From the human T2T-CHM13v2.0 reference genome, Homo sapiens, in the NCBI RefSeq assembly GCF_009914755.1, contig NC_060929.1: a stretch of DNA of 64,000 bases; one strand, written 5' to 3'. Position numbers and translations under genes: made by a program. How positions within the stretch are numbered: position 1 is the first letter of the stretch; every line of letters begins with the position of its first letter. A model generated the notes under the pieces. That model had not been told where the DNA came from and made no database searches. It saw nothing but the letters and a program-made list of their open reading frames with translations. Positions 15,616 through 29,859 of the stretch are shown piece after piece.

Positions 15616-17831
15616 TGTGGACACAAACATTTTTTTAAAGAAATGCTTTCCTCAATTCAGCTCCAGTCCCTTACATGGATACTTCATTTAGCAATAAACT
15701 TTACAGTTTTTTCAGTCCACAAGACTTAGAAGTCACTTCAGCAAACATCTGTTGTGACTTGAGCATGCCCTTGGGGGTCTCGCTCTTGAGCATTTTATGA
15801 AATACCCCTTTCAGCCATAAGGAGTGTGCTCCCCAAGGACTTCAAAGACATGCAGTTTCTCTCCATCATTTTTCACCTTTCCAGTTCTGCCATGTTTCTG
15901 TGACAGCTGAGTATCCTCTGTAGAGTGACTCCCAGGAATGCATGGCTGGGCACACAAGTAGACCCTTCCTAGAGGCCTGTCCCTCCCACCCTTGCACCAC
16001 ACCTTCACTCTGATGCCTCACAGAACTGCTGACGTCCCAGCTAGAGGCCCACCTCTCAGTGCCAGGGTGTGGCCAAGTCCCCACTGCCACCCTGTCTTGT
16101 GGACCATAGGATCTCTCCACCATCATGGTTTTTGGCCGCAGCTGAATTTGGAGTGGACTAAATCAAGTTAAATCAATTTCCTCTCTTCTGCTGTGCCCTG
16201 GGAATTGTAGGGTTTATTCCTCTTGCCACTCTTGCAGCAAACTGGTTCCATTTCTTTCTGCCTTGTTAACCATCCATCCTCACTCATTGACACATTTTTC
16301 TCTTCTCTACAAGATATTATTGATACCCTTTTAACGCCTTGTCAGGAAACTTGTGAGGAGCAATATCAAATTATTTTCTGTTTCTTTGAATTTCCTCAGA
16401 ACTCGGCCAAAGCTGTTTGGCCCCTCCTCCTCTTCATCCCTTAATAGTCACATGCATGCAGTAAATCCTACAGAACAGCCATAAGGTCCCAAAGCCCAGG
16501 ATCAGTGGAAATGGCCTCTGGATTAATCAAGTAATAATTTTCAGGGGAATAAAGTATGTTTGTATGCTGGCCCTCCTTAAAAAAACATTGTTCATTAAAA
16601 TCTGACATCTCTGTGGCTGAACTGAATGTATGAGCCTCACCCTCACCCCTCTAGCAACTTGATATTGAGAACAAACAATTAACCTCTTGTGTGCAGATAA
16701 TGCTTTTATGGTCTCAGTCTGTGTGTGGTCTTAGCAAATAGTTGGCCCTTTTATCTAATGATTGTCTCCAGAGAAAAATATAATTGTATTTTGTTTGACT
16801 AAATCACTGGTTAAACTTTTCAGTTTTTGGATTATGGATAATAATCTCATGTTATCGAATCACTTTGGCATACATAGTAATTTCCAGGTTATTGTTGAAC
16901 ACATATTATAAGCAGTAATGTTCTTAAGTATCCTTTAGGTGTTTTATGGTGAACATATGGGCTGAATTTGCAACCATGCTATGTGAAATCTTCTGCTTCT
17001 GTCAGATATGAACCTCTGTGGCTCACCTAAATCTGCAAGATTCTATATGTACCCTATGGTTGGGAAGTCCTCATATCTCACGTGTCCAAAACAGGATGAA
17101 ATAAGGATTTCCTGCGTTCTGAGAATCTTAGTGGTTTATGGGAGTGACATGGGATCTAAATTGACCCCTTCCTGCTAATTTGTCCTTCTGCATTTTAAGA
17201 AAAGCATATCTGAGATCATGTTCAGCCTATTTCTGGGGACTTTAAAAATAGCATACCAAGTGTATAAGGAAGTAGCAGTTTTTTACATTTGGGTGTTAAA
17301 CATAAGCAAGTTTTCGAATTTATTTTCATACCTATTATCAACATATAGCTTTTACCCATTCATTCAGTCCAGATAATTTCAGAGAATTTTAGAAACATTT
17401 TGTTAACTGTAGAACGTTAGTTAGGTAATATAGCTTTATGAAAAATATCCAAAATACTTTTTATTTTTTCAGTAGGGTTTTCTTTGCCTTGTGAGCAAAA
17501 CATAAATGTCTAAAGTTGATAAAACTTTTTTAAAAGTTTATACTTAAGGAATTAGACATATTCATGTGTCTTGTTGAAATATTCAATTTAATTTTTCTTT
17601 CAGATAGTTTTAGGTTTAAAACGTAATTTCTCTGAAGTTTAATGTCGAAGGCTCACAATTGGGTTATGTTCGAATCACTCCTGGCAGGATTTCTAGATAA
17701 GCCTCTTGATTCTCTTGATTTATTGTAACTCCATGTTACCTTTGCCTTGTCCTTGAAATTTCCAGCTCCTTGTAAACTAATATTATTTTACAGTGAAACT
17801 GAAAGAGGTTTAAAGACAATGATTTTTTACT

Positions 17832-19740
17832 AAATTTTATTTTGAATTAATTTTACGTTTGCAGAATTGCAACAGTAGTTCTCATATATAATTCACTCAA
17901 CTTCTACATTACATAGCCATGATGTATTTATCAAAGCTAAGAAATCAATGTTAATACAGTACTATAAACTAAACTTCAGACTCTATTCTGATTTTGCCAC
18001 CTTTCCCCCCTAATGTCCCTTGTCTATCCCAGGATGCAATTCAGAACCGCCCACTACGTTTAGGTGCCACATCTTCTTAGTCTCTTCTCACCAAATAGAG
18101 TTTCTTGGTCGTTCCTTGTCTTTCACACAATTTTGAGGAGTTCTGACCAGGTATTTTGTAGACTATCCCTCACTCTGTGTTTGATGTTTCCCCATGATTA
18201 AACTGAGGTTGTGGATTGAGGGAAGAAGACCATAGTGCTCTTCTCGTTATATCATTTCAGGAAGTACGTGATATGGACATGACTCATTACAGGTGATATT
18301 AACTTTAATCACTTGATTAAGGTGGTGGGTGCCCAGTTTTCTCCATTCTATAGCTACTATCTTTCTTTTTCCATATTCTATTTATTAAAGGAAAGTCACT
18401 CAATCCAATATGCTCTCAAGGGAAGGAAAATTAACTCCACCTCTTGGAGAAAGCAGTATCAAAGAATTTGTGGACATTATTAAAACTTCGTAGGAGGTAC
18501 TTTAAGGCTGTGCAAATATCCTGTTTCTCCTTAAAACTGTGCTTTCTAACATTAGCTTCAGCTGTGGATTTTGCCTGCTGCAATTATTCCAATGGTGTTC
18601 TAATGGTGATTTTCTATTCCCCTCTACATTTACTAAGTAGAATTCTTCTGTAAGGAAAAATCTGTTCCTTCTTCCCCACTTATTCATTATTTATTTATAT
18701 ATTCAATCACAAATTTATATAAATAAGGACTCTGTGAGGTTTATTTTATCTTCTGGGTTATAATTCTGTGTCATTTTTATATATTACATTGCTCAAGTTT
18801 TTCCAGCTTTGGCCATTCCAGCCATTTCATAATGGCTCCTGTGTCCTCTTGATGTACCCTTACTTTTCCTTTTTCCTTTTCTTTCAGCACTGCTTTACTT
18901 TCTGGCACTATAAGATGCTCCAGGATCATCTTATATTTTCCCTGTCCCAGATTAAAGTCAGCCATTTTTCTAGGGGGTCTTGGCTTCTTTTATTGGAGAA
19001 CGACATATAGAAACTATAATCTAAGCTTTTGGTGTTTTTGTTGTTACTAGAGTGTGTCACTTTTTAAGGCCCTCTTAATAGAGAGACCTAGGAAATTTAT
19101 GCATGTATACCAACCCATATATACACACATATCTATGCTTATATAGTTACACGTTAATATGCATATATTTATATAACTGTGTATCTGTTAAAATAAATGA
19201 GTTCATTCCGACATCTCCAACTCTAATGCAGCACCAGAGGGTTCATTCTAGCCCTCCCCTGCACCTCTCCAGCTTATTGTAACTTCTTTCTCTGGCAGTG
19301 AGAAACCTGGCTCTCATTATCTACAATACATTTGTTTGTTTGTTTATTCCGTATACAAATTAAGTAGTTTCCAAATTTCCAACACATACTACTGTAAAAA
19401 ACAAATATACCAACTAGAGTACTGTGTTTGTAAGGAATTCTTTTTCTGTCTTTAGCTATATAGTATTTAGTCCAAACACTATTTTCCAAAGATTTTTAGG
19501 TTGGCCCCTTTGTTCCTCTGCCCTTGCTGTGAAATTATGTCATATATTAAAAATATAGTTAAATTCATTTGTCACAGACCGGGTTCTTACAAAGTATTGG
19601 TTGATTTTTTTTTAATTCTATAAAGTTCCCTCTTTAAGGTATACACTTCTATAGGTTTTGACAAATGCATAGATTAATGTATCCACCACGGCAGTGCCAT
19701 ATAGATTAGGTCCCTCATGCTAAAAATCCCCTGTGTGTTT
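17832..19740 (-). mobile_element. L1MC-type 3' region fragment(s)
   Basis: Same L1MC motifs (ttttgaggagt..caggtattttgtagact; ggcactataagatgctccaggatcatctt; ttttgacaaatgcatag). Confidence 0.7.
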
Positions 19741-20129
19741 GGAGCCCACCATTTTCAAATATCATCTGATAGTACAAGCCTTGTTCTTAGACAGAGTTCT
19801 AATAGTAGCTTGAAGCTCAAAAAGCTGTACAGTAGCAAACATGCTTCACAAGAGTAAAATAAACAGAAAAATGAAGAACAAACATATTTCACAAAAATAA
19901 TGGCCGAGTTTACCTGAAAATGAACTAAGATTCCACTGATAAGATTGTGTTGACATGTTTCTTGTTGGCCTGTGCAGTGGAGAATGCTCTAAATAGGACC
20001 TCAGGTGGTATATACACATTCAGGGAACTGCCAGAGATAACAATTTTGATCCACAGCTTTCCAAATTAATGTATACCTGATTGAAGTCTGGGAAGCTGAT
20101 TCATAAAACCTAACTTCTTAATCCTCTTT

Positions 20130-20752
20130 TGTTCCCACATTCTTATTGTCTAGATTCAGCTGCTTCTCATAACTGGGTTCCCTCAGGCAACTATCTCCTA
20201 ACTGTAAACCCCCTTCCCATATACTCTCCAAATTTATCTTTTGAAAATGCTAATCTGATTATATTTTTCCCTAAATTAAAAACTCATGCTAGTTTGCCAT
20301 CAGGATGATCTGCACACTCCTTTACATGGCCCACATATCATTCCCACCTGACACTTCTAGTCAAATCTGTGCACCTTGCAAAGCCACTCTGAACACACAG
20401 AACTCTTTCCCACCCCCCACATGATCTGCTTCCTCCTCTATGTCTCCCCCTTTTTCTTCTCTCTTTGAAAGCACTAACCCATCCTTCAAAACCCAATCAA
20501 ATTCCACTTCCTCTGGAATCTTTCACCACTTCTCAAGTGAATTCAATTCTTTCCTTCTTTCTGTACATCCAGGGTTTTTTTTTTTAATACCATGTCATGT
20601 TGTTTGTATTTGTTTATATTTGTCTTTTTGCAAAGTTTGAGCTTCTTGAAGGAAGGATACTGCCCCGCACCTTTGGTACTATCCCTAAGACCTAGAAAGT
20701 GCATGGCTTATTAGCTGGTATTTGGTAGATATTTGTGGTGTGAGTGAATGGT
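20130..20752 (+). mobile_element. L2 3' fragment
   Basis: Pyrimidine-rich body ending gagcttcttgaaggaagg..tatttgtgg..tgagtgaatg, an L2 tail. Confidence 0.6.
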
Positions 20753-23700
20753 TGTTAGGCTAGAATGTGAATTTAGACAATCATACCAATGCCAAAAATA
20801 AATTGGCAGAACTGCCTGGAAGGCTTTCATGGGCCTGCTAGTTCATTTTCTTCCCTTAGGTTTCTTGTTAAATCAGATAAATGAGAACTGGATGATCATG
20901 GGATAGAATATTAAGGCATAAAAGTCAGCTCCATTGCAAAAGTATATCTAACAAGAAGTCCAGAAACACAGTAGTCACTCAGAGATGCTCTCTGTTGCAT
21001 CATTCTGCAACTTATGGTATATTATATACCATTGAACTAGCTTATAATTACTTTTAGCATTATTTTCTTTTAATCTGAGATCAAAGGTAGAAGATATCTT
21101 AGTCTAATCAGCCACATATTAAAATCATCTATTAGAATGTGTTATTTTAGAGAAGATTTTAGCAATGGCTTACCTTGAACATTTCAAGTCAGGCTAATTG
21201 AAACAAAAGATCATATTTTCTTACCTTGTCTCGGTTAATTTCGGTCTTCTAGAAAGCTGCAGTCTCTTCCTCATACACATTTTTTTCTATTTGTGAGTTA
21301 AATAAATGAACATTTATTAATGTTAAATAAATTCAACATTAATTGAATGTTTAAATTATTCCCACTAAATTTGACTTTATTTCAGTCAAGTGTTTCAGCC
21401 TACATAGAGCCCTTTGGATTCCAATACTTTCATGAATCCTATTAAGATTCCTTTCATAGCTTTGTATCACTGCATATTTGATTCCAAATATCTGATTTCT
21501 ATATCTTCTTCTAAACTGTTGATAAAAATTTTGAGAAGCATAGAGAAAACAATAAAGCCTTATGGAATATACCTAAAGATGTTTCTCAAATCATTTTGGA
21601 GCATTATTTAAACTGGTATAACTGCATAACCAGTAATGAACTCATCTGAATCAGCAATCCCCAAAGGGTAGAGAAATTGTGTTGTTTCAAGGATTGCCCA
21701 CAGGTGCACACATAAGTCTCAGCAAGAAGTGGGAGCATGTGTGAATTTTAGAACTCCGAAAGTGATTCTGATCTATAACCTCTACCTACCAGTCTCCCAC
21801 CAATTCAGTAAGACCTTCATGTCCATAGTAATTGTTCAGAAAAATGTAAGTCCTCACACTTTTATCAGTTAAACTATGTAAATGAACAATTTTTTTAAGT
21901 TAAAAAACTTCATATTATTTCTGGGTCACAAATACTGCCTGAGATACATGTTCCTATGGACATGGCATTCCACACTCTATAAATTTTAAATTTTAAACAT
22001 ATATTCAGTCACGTGTACATGTCCAATGCTAACAGGTTTCTATGTTCTCTTGTGCACTGGACACAATATCCTTAGAGTGCCTAGGTTTGGAGAGCAACTC
22101 AGGGACTCCAGAGAGAGGCTTCAGCTTTAAAAAAGAGGCCTATTGGGCGGCCGACTTTGCAGGGGGAGAAATCTACTAGCACAAAAGGAAAATGAAGAAT
22201 ACCATGATTCATCCTGTGATTTCAACACAGAGAGATAATGTATTTTCCTGGCTCTAGCTCTTCTGAAATGATTTGGGACTAAGTGCAATATCACCACTGC
22301 TTCCTACAGAAACTGTTACACACCAAAGAAAAAAAGTTTTACATGAGAAAATGACACTATCTGAGGCTAAATTAAAACATAAATTGTGATACATTTAAAA
22401 ATCAGTAAATATTTTTTAATGCACCACGTAGAATCTGTTTTTCAAGGTTTGGAGACATTCAGTGTGAGGCAGGAAATTCACCCTGGAGCTTCTCCATCCT
22501 ACTTCTGATCCTCAACAAACACACACTAATGGGAGAACCACATTATTTTCTTGTCCAATTCGATTTCATCAACAACCCCTAAAATTCAAGACAAAAAGCA
22601 AATACTGCTCTTTGCTATGGCTATACATTATCAAAAAAGAAGATACCCCCATGCTGGTGGGTCTTCCTGGGTGACTGTGGGCAATACCTTGGCAGTGATG
22701 TAACTTTGAGCCCCTTTCACTCAGCCTTAGCAAGAGCACAGAGTAACCCTGGCTTATCCTGCTTCCTGTGCTATTTTTTCCTAGGAGTTATTTTTAGCCA
22801 GTTATTACTTTTGAATACTGTTATGTTAAAAAATGTTACTGCCTTCTGAATAGGGCCCCCCAAAGTAGTCTAAACATCCATAAACTCATCAAATCTTCCA
22901 ACACCTAATGAAAAAAGTCACCAACATAACTGGTTTATGATATCTTTTGCATTATTGCTTGTGTAATATTTAAATTTTCATGTATATTAACTTTGTCTCT
23001 AGACAAAATTGGACTAACTCTTTGGATTAGAGACCATACATTATACTCATCTTAGAGCCACAACCACAATGGCTTCTAGCAGAGCAATATAATACTATTT
23101 GATAACTATTTTTTAGGAATGAGCCAATTAATTAATACTACCCATTGGTTTTATTTAGTAGTTGTCTCCATATCTCCCACATCCTGAATATTCACTTTTT
23201 CCCATGTGTATGACCTGAGACAGATAAGAGGATAAACAAGTGGGATCTGCAGAAGGCTGTGGGTCTTATACATGTGACTGCAAAAATACTCACAGTACTC
23301 CCTTTTATATCCTCATCCCCTCCCTACAACATGGGCCTCTATGTGGGGTCATTGTACTCAGGTTGAGTAGCGAGGTAAACATTTATTTAAGGAAGCTATG
23401 AATAGGCCTCAAGATTAGAGAGATAGATAGTACACTCTGCCCAAATTGATCTTCAGGTGAATTTACATATTAGATAAATATTTCACTTTTTTTAAGAAAA
23501 ATTTTAAACGTTTATTGTGCATACAAAATAACAATTCATGAACCAGGAGAATTCAACCCAAGGTGATAAGAAGCTCCACTCACAGCAATTATAACATAGT
23601 TTATAAAACATAAAGGAGGAAGTATTTGACCTTTTCTGTGGCTGGCTATTTTTATCATTTTGTTAAGGCAACCAGAACTCTTCAAGCTGATTGTCTATAG

Positions 23701-23904
23701 CTGATGGTTTAATTTCACTGACCCATGCTGAAAAGGACATAAAGCTTGTGTTTATGATTTTGTGTTTTGTTTATGCTTAGAGCTAGTATTTCTGGGAAAT
23801 CAGGATGATGTAAGTTTTGGCTGTGTGGTTACAGGTGTTTGGCTTTGGGGTATAGCTACACTGTGGTCTCCATTTTTGTTTTTTATTAATGATATATAGA
23901 GTGT

Positions 23905-24123
23905 TAAAAATTAAAACTTGGAAAATTTTAAAATATCAATGTTTTACAATAATAATAAACCTATTTGATTAACATAAATAGCACATTTTAGGAAAAATAA
24001 CTATATTTTTCCAAACAAAAAATATCTGAGAAGAGCAGCATTGTTTTATATATCATAACTGTCTTTAGAGTCTAGCTTAATAGATAGTGGCTGGATTCTC
24101 ATATCTACTTCTGCATTCAATCT
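23905..24123. mobile_element. hAT-Charlie (Charlie1-like) DNA transposon fragment
   Basis: aaaaataactatatttttcc..gagaagagcagcattgtttt..gcttaatag..gctggattctcatatctacttctgcattcaatct. Confidence 0.55.
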
Positions 24124-25813
24124 AGTTTTTGTTTATTTCCAGCTTTTAAGTTCAGGGGTACATGTGCAGGATGTGCAGGTTTGTTACATAGGTAAACTTG
24201 TGCCATGGTGGTTTGCTGTGCGGATCATCCCATCACCTAGGTATTAAGTCCAGCATTTATTAGCTATTCTTCCAATGCTCTTCCTTCTGTCACCCACCCA
24301 CTCTCTGACAGGCCCCAGTGTGTGTTGTTCCCCTCCATGTGTCCATGTGTTCTCATCATTTAGCTCCCACTTATCAGTGAGAACACGTGGTGTTTGGTTT
24401 TCTGTTCCCGTGTTAGTTTTCTGAGGATAATGACCTCCAGCTCCATCCATGTCCCTGCAAAGGACATGATCTCGTTTCTTTTTATGGCTGCACTGTATTC
24501 CATGGTGTATATCCACCACATTTTCTTTGTCCAGTCTATCAGTGATGAGCATTTAGGTTGATTCCATGTCTTTGCTATTGTGAATAGTGTTGCAATGAAC
24601 ATACACATGCATGGATCTTTGTAATAGAAGAATTTATATTCCTTTGATTATCTATCCAGTAATGGGATTGCTGGGTAGAATAGTATTTCTGCCCATAGGT
24701 CTCAGAGCAATCGCCACACTGTCTTCCACAATGGTTGAACTAATTTACACTCCCACCACCAGTATAAAAACATTCCTTTTTCTCCACAACCTGGCCAGCA
24801 TCTATGGTTTTTTGACTTTTTAATAATAGCCATTCTAACTGCTATGAGATGGTATCTCATTGGGTTTTTCATTTACATTTTTCTAATGATCAGTGATGTT
24901 GAGCTTTTTTTCATGTAATTATTGGCCGTATGTATGTCTTCTTTTGAGAAATGTCTGTTCATGTCCTTTGCCCACTTTTTAAAGGGGTTGGTTTTTCTAT
25001 GTGAATTTAAGCTGCTTATAAATGCTGAATAATAGACCTTTGTCAGATGGATAGATTACAAAGATTTTCTTCCATTCTCTAGGTTGTCTGTTTACTCTGA
25101 TGATAGTTTGTTTTGCAGTACAGAAGCTCTTTTGTTTAATTGAATCCCACTTTTCAATTTTTGCTTTTGTTGCAATTACTTTTGGCATTTTTGTCATAAA
25201 ATCTTTGCCACATCTACCCTTTGAGTGGCATTGCCTAAGTTTTCTTCTAGGATTTTTATAGTTTTGCATTTTACATTTAAATCTTTAGCGCACCTTGAGT
25301 TGATTTTTGTGTAAGGTGTAAGGAAGTGGCCCAGTTTCAATTTTCTGCAAATGTGTAGTCAGTTCTTTCAGCATCATTTATTAAACAGGGAATCCTTTTC
25401 CCATTGCTTGTTTTTGTCAGGTTTGTTGAAGATCAAATGGTTGCACATGTGTGATCTCATTTCTGAGTTCTCTATTCTGCTCCATTGGTCTATGTGTCTG
25501 TTCCTGTACCAGTACCACGCTGTTTTGGTTACTGTAGCCCTGTAGTATAGTTTGAGGTCAGGTAGCGTGATGCCTCCAGCTTTGTGCTTTTCACTTAGGA
25601 ATACTTTGGCTATTTGGGCTCTTTTATGGTTCCATATGAATTTTAGAATAGTTTTATCCAATTCTGTGAAATATGTCTGAGACTTTGCTAAAGTTACTTA
25701 TCAGCTTAAGAAGCTTTTGGGCTGAGACAATGAGGTTTTCTAAATACAGGATCATGTCATCTGCAAACAAAGATAGTTTGACTTCTTCTCTTCCTATTTG
25801 AATACGTTGTTTT

Positions 25814-26132
25814 GTTTCTTTCTTTCTTTTTTTTTTTTTTTTTTTTTTTTGAGATGGAGTCTTGCTCTGTTGCCCAGGCTGGACTGCAGTAGCACAGTCT
25901 CAGCTCACTGCAACCTCCACCTCCTGGGTTCAAGCGATTCTCCTGCCTCAACCTCCTGAGTAGCTGGGATTACAGGTGTGCACCACCATGCCCAGCTAAT
26001 TTTGGTATTTTTAGCAGAGATGGGGTTTCACCATGTTGGTCAGGCTGGTCTTGAACTCCTGACCTCAGGTGATCCACCCACCTCAGCCTCCCAAAGTGCT
26101 GGGATTACAGGCGTGAGCCACCGCGCCCAGAC
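25814..26132 (-). mobile_element. AluS (Sx-like) inside old L1 ORF2
   Basis: Complete dimer with cctgacctcaggtgatccacc; TSD tgaat(ac/gc)(g/c)ttgtttt at 25799-25813 and 26133-26147. Confidence 0.95.
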
Positions 26133-26555
26133 TGAATGCCTTGTTTTCTTTTTCTTGTCTGATTCCTCTGGCCAGAACTTCCAATAATATGTTGAATAAG
26201 AGTGGTAAGAGAGGGCATCCTTGTCTTGTGCTGGTTTTGAAGAGGAATGTTTCCAGCTTTTGCCCATTCAGTATATTGTTGGCTGTGGGTTTGCTCTTAT
26301 AATTTTGATGTATGTTCCTTCAATACCTAGCTTATTGAGAGTTTTTAACATGAAAGAATATTGAATTTTATCAAAGACCTTTTCTGCATTTATTGAGATA
26401 ATCATGTGGCTTTTGTCTTTAGTTCTGTTTATGTGATTAATCATATTTATTGATTTGCATATGTTTAACCAACCTTGCATCGTAGGGATGAGGCCTACTT
26501 GATCATGTTGGATAACCCTTTTGATGTGCTGCTGGATTCAGTTTGCCACTATTTT

Positions 26556-26860
26556 TTTTTTTTGTTATTATACTTTAAGTTCTGGGATACATTTGCAGAA
26601 TGTGCAGGTTTGTTACATAGGTATGCATATGCCGTGACAGTTTGCTGCACTCATCAACCCATCATCTACATTAGGTATTTCTCCTAATGCTATCCCTCCC
26701 CTAACCCCACCCCCCACCCTCTGACAGGCCCCGGTGTGTGATGTTCCCCCTCACTGTGTCCATGTGTTCTCATTGTTCAACTCCCACTTAAGAGTGAGAA
26801 CATGCAGTGTCTGGTTTTCTGTTCCTGTGTTAGTTTGCTGAAAATGGTGGTTTCCAGCTT
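26556..26860 (-). mobile_element. 5'-truncated L1PA7-like 3' end inside old L1 ORF2
   Basis: tatactttaagttctgggatacat..acattaggtatttctcctaatgctatccc; TSD cactatttt at 26547-26555 and 26861-26869. Confidence 0.9.
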
Positions 26861-29859
26861 CACTATTTTGTTGAGAATATTTGCATCAATGTTCATCAAG
26901 GATATTGGCCTGAAGTTTTCCTTTTTTGCTGTATCCCTGCCAGGTTTTTGTATCAGGATGATGCTGGCCTCATAGAATGAGTTAGGGAGGAGTCCCTCTT
27001 CCTCAATTTTTTGGAATAGTTTTAGTACCAATGGTACCATCTCTTCTTTGTATCTCTTGTAGAATTCAGCTGTGAATCCATCTGGTCCTGGGATTTTTGT
27101 TGTTGTTGTTGGTAAGCTATTTATTACTGCCTCAATTTTGGAACTCATTGTTGGTCTATTCATGGATTCAGTTTCTCCCTGGTTCAATCTTGGGAGGTTG
27201 TATGTGTCCAGGAATTTATCCATTTCTTTTAGGTTTTCTAGTTTATGTCCATAGAGGTGTTTATAGTATTCTCTTATGGTTGTTTGTATTTCTGTGGGCT
27301 CAGTGGTGTATCCCCCTTATCATCTCCGATTGTGTATACTTGAATCTTATCTCTTTTCTTTTTCATTAGTCTAGCTAGTGGTCTATTTTATTTATTTATT
27401 TTTTCAAAAAACCAGCTTCTGGATTCATTAACTTTTTGAAGGGTTTTTTTTGTCTCTATCTTCTTCAGTTCAGCTCTAATCTTGGTTATTTCTTGTCTTC
27501 TGTTAGCTCTGAGGTTTGTTTGCTTTTGCTTCTCTAGTTCTTTTGGTTGTGATATTAGGTTGTAAACTTGAGATCTTTCTAGCTTTTTGATGTGGGTATT
27601 TAGTGCTGTAAATTTCCCACTTAATACTGCTTTAGCTGCATCCCAGAGATTCTGGTAAAGTTCTCCTTAGTTTCAAAGAATTTTTTATTTCTGCCTTAAT
27701 TTTTTTATTTACCCAAAAGTCATTCAGGAGCAGTTTGTTCAATTTCCATGCAGTTGTATTGTTTTGAATGAATTGTTTAATCTTGAGTTCTAATTTGTGC
27801 TGTGGTCCGAGAGACAGTTATTAATTCAGTTCTTTTGCATTTGCTGAGGAATATTTTACTTCCAATTATGTGATGAATTTTAGAGTAAGTGTCATGTGGC
27901 AATGAGAAGAATGTATATTCAGTTGTTTTTGGTTGGAGAGTTCTGTAGATATATATCAGGTCCACTTGATCCAGAGCTGAGTTCAGGTCCTGAGTAGCTT
28001 TGTTAATTTTTTGTCTCAAAGATCTGTCTAATATTGTCAATGGGATGTTAAAAACCTCCCATTATTATTGTGTGAGAGTCTAAGTCTCTCTGAAGGTCTA
28101 AGAACTTGCTTTATGAATCTGGGTGCTTCTGTGTTGAGTGCACATATATTTAGGATAGTTAGCTCTTCTTATTGAATTGAACCCTTTACCACTGTGTAAT
28201 GCCCTTCTTTGTCTTTTCAAATTTGTGTTGGCTTAAAGTCTGTTTTGTCAGAAACTAGGATTGTAATCCCTGCTTTTTTCTGTTTTTCATTTGCTTGGTA
28301 AATGTTCCTACATCCCTTTATTTTGAGCTTATATGTGTTTTGGCATGTGAGATGGGTCTCTTGAAGACAGTATACCAATTGGTCTTGGTTCTTTATCTAG
28401 CTTTCCATTCTGTGTGTTTTAATTGGGACATTTAGCCAGTTTACATTTAAGGTTCATATTGTTGTGTGTGAGTTTGGCCCTGTTATCGTGATGCTGACTT
28501 GTTATTTTGCAGGCTTGTTTATGTGGTTGCTTAATAGTGTTGCTGGTCTGTGTGTTTTTGTAGTGGATGGTAATGGTTTTTCCTTTCCATATTTAGTGCT
28601 TCCTTCAGGATCACTTGTAAGGCCAGTCTGGTGGTAACAAATTCCCTCAGCATTTGCTTGTCTGAATAGGATATTATCTCTTCTTCACTTATGAAGCTTA
28701 GTTTGGCCAGATGTGAAATTCTGGGTTGGAAATTCTTTTCCTTAAGAATGAATATTGGCCCCCAATCTCTTCTGGCTTCTAGGGTTTCTGCTGAGAGCTC
28801 CACTGTTAATCTGATGGGCTTCCCTTTGTAGGTGACCTGGCCTTTCTCTCTGGTTCCCCTTAACGTTTTTATTTTCATTTAAACCTTGGAGAATCTGTTG
28901 ATTATCTGTCTTAAGGATGATCTTCTCATGGAGTATATCTTACTGGGGTTCTCTGCATTTCCTGAATTTGAATGTTAGCCTGTCTTTCTAGGTTGGAGAA
29001 GTTCTCCTGGATAATATCCAGAAGTATGTTTTCCAAATTGGTTCCATTCTCCCTCTTTCAGGTACTATAGTCAATCATAGATTTGGTCTCTTTACATAAT
29101 CCTGTATTTCTCAGTTTTTGCTCATTCATTTTCCCTTTTCTCAATTCTGTCTGCCTGTCTTATTTCAGAAAGTCTTCAAGGCTCTGTGATTATTTCTCCA
29201 CTTGGTCTACTCTTGCTATTAGTACTTATGATTGCATTGTGAAGTTCTTGTAGTATTTTTTCATCTAAATCAGGTCAGTTATGTTCCTCTCTAAACTGGG
29301 TATTTTGGCTGTCAGCTCTTATATTGTTTTATCATAATTCTTAGTTTCTTCGCATTGGTTTACAACATGCTCCTTTAGCTCAGTGAAGTTCATTCTTATC
29401 CACATTCTGAAGCCTACTTCTGTCACTTCAACCATCTCAGCCTCAGCCCAGTTCTGAGCCCTTGCTGGAGAGGTATTGTGGTCATTTTGAGGAAAAGGGG
29501 CTCTTTGGCTTTTTGAGTTTTCAGTGTTTTTGCTTTCTATCTTTGTGAGCTTATCTACCTTTGTTCTTTCAGGTTGCTGACTTTTGGATGGGTTTTTTTG
29601 GTTTGTTTTCTGTTTCTTTTTCTTTTAACAGTCTGTTCACTCATCTATAGAGCTGCTGTGGTTTGCTGGGCATCTACTCCAGTCCCTAGTCACCAGTTTT
29701 TTTTTTGGTACCTGAGAGTTATCACCAGGGAAGGCTGTGAAACAGCAAAGATGACAGACTGCCTCGTCCTCTGGAAGCTCCATCCCAATGGGGTACTGAC
29801 CTGTTGCCAGCCTGTATGCACCTATAGAAGGTGGCTGGAGAACCTGGTTGGAAGGTCTC

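Noticed and set aside
21308-21352. Imperfect AT-rich inverted repeat (aacatttattaatgtt..aacattaattgaatgtt)
   Set aside because: Short and low-complexity; no support for a miRNA or MITE.
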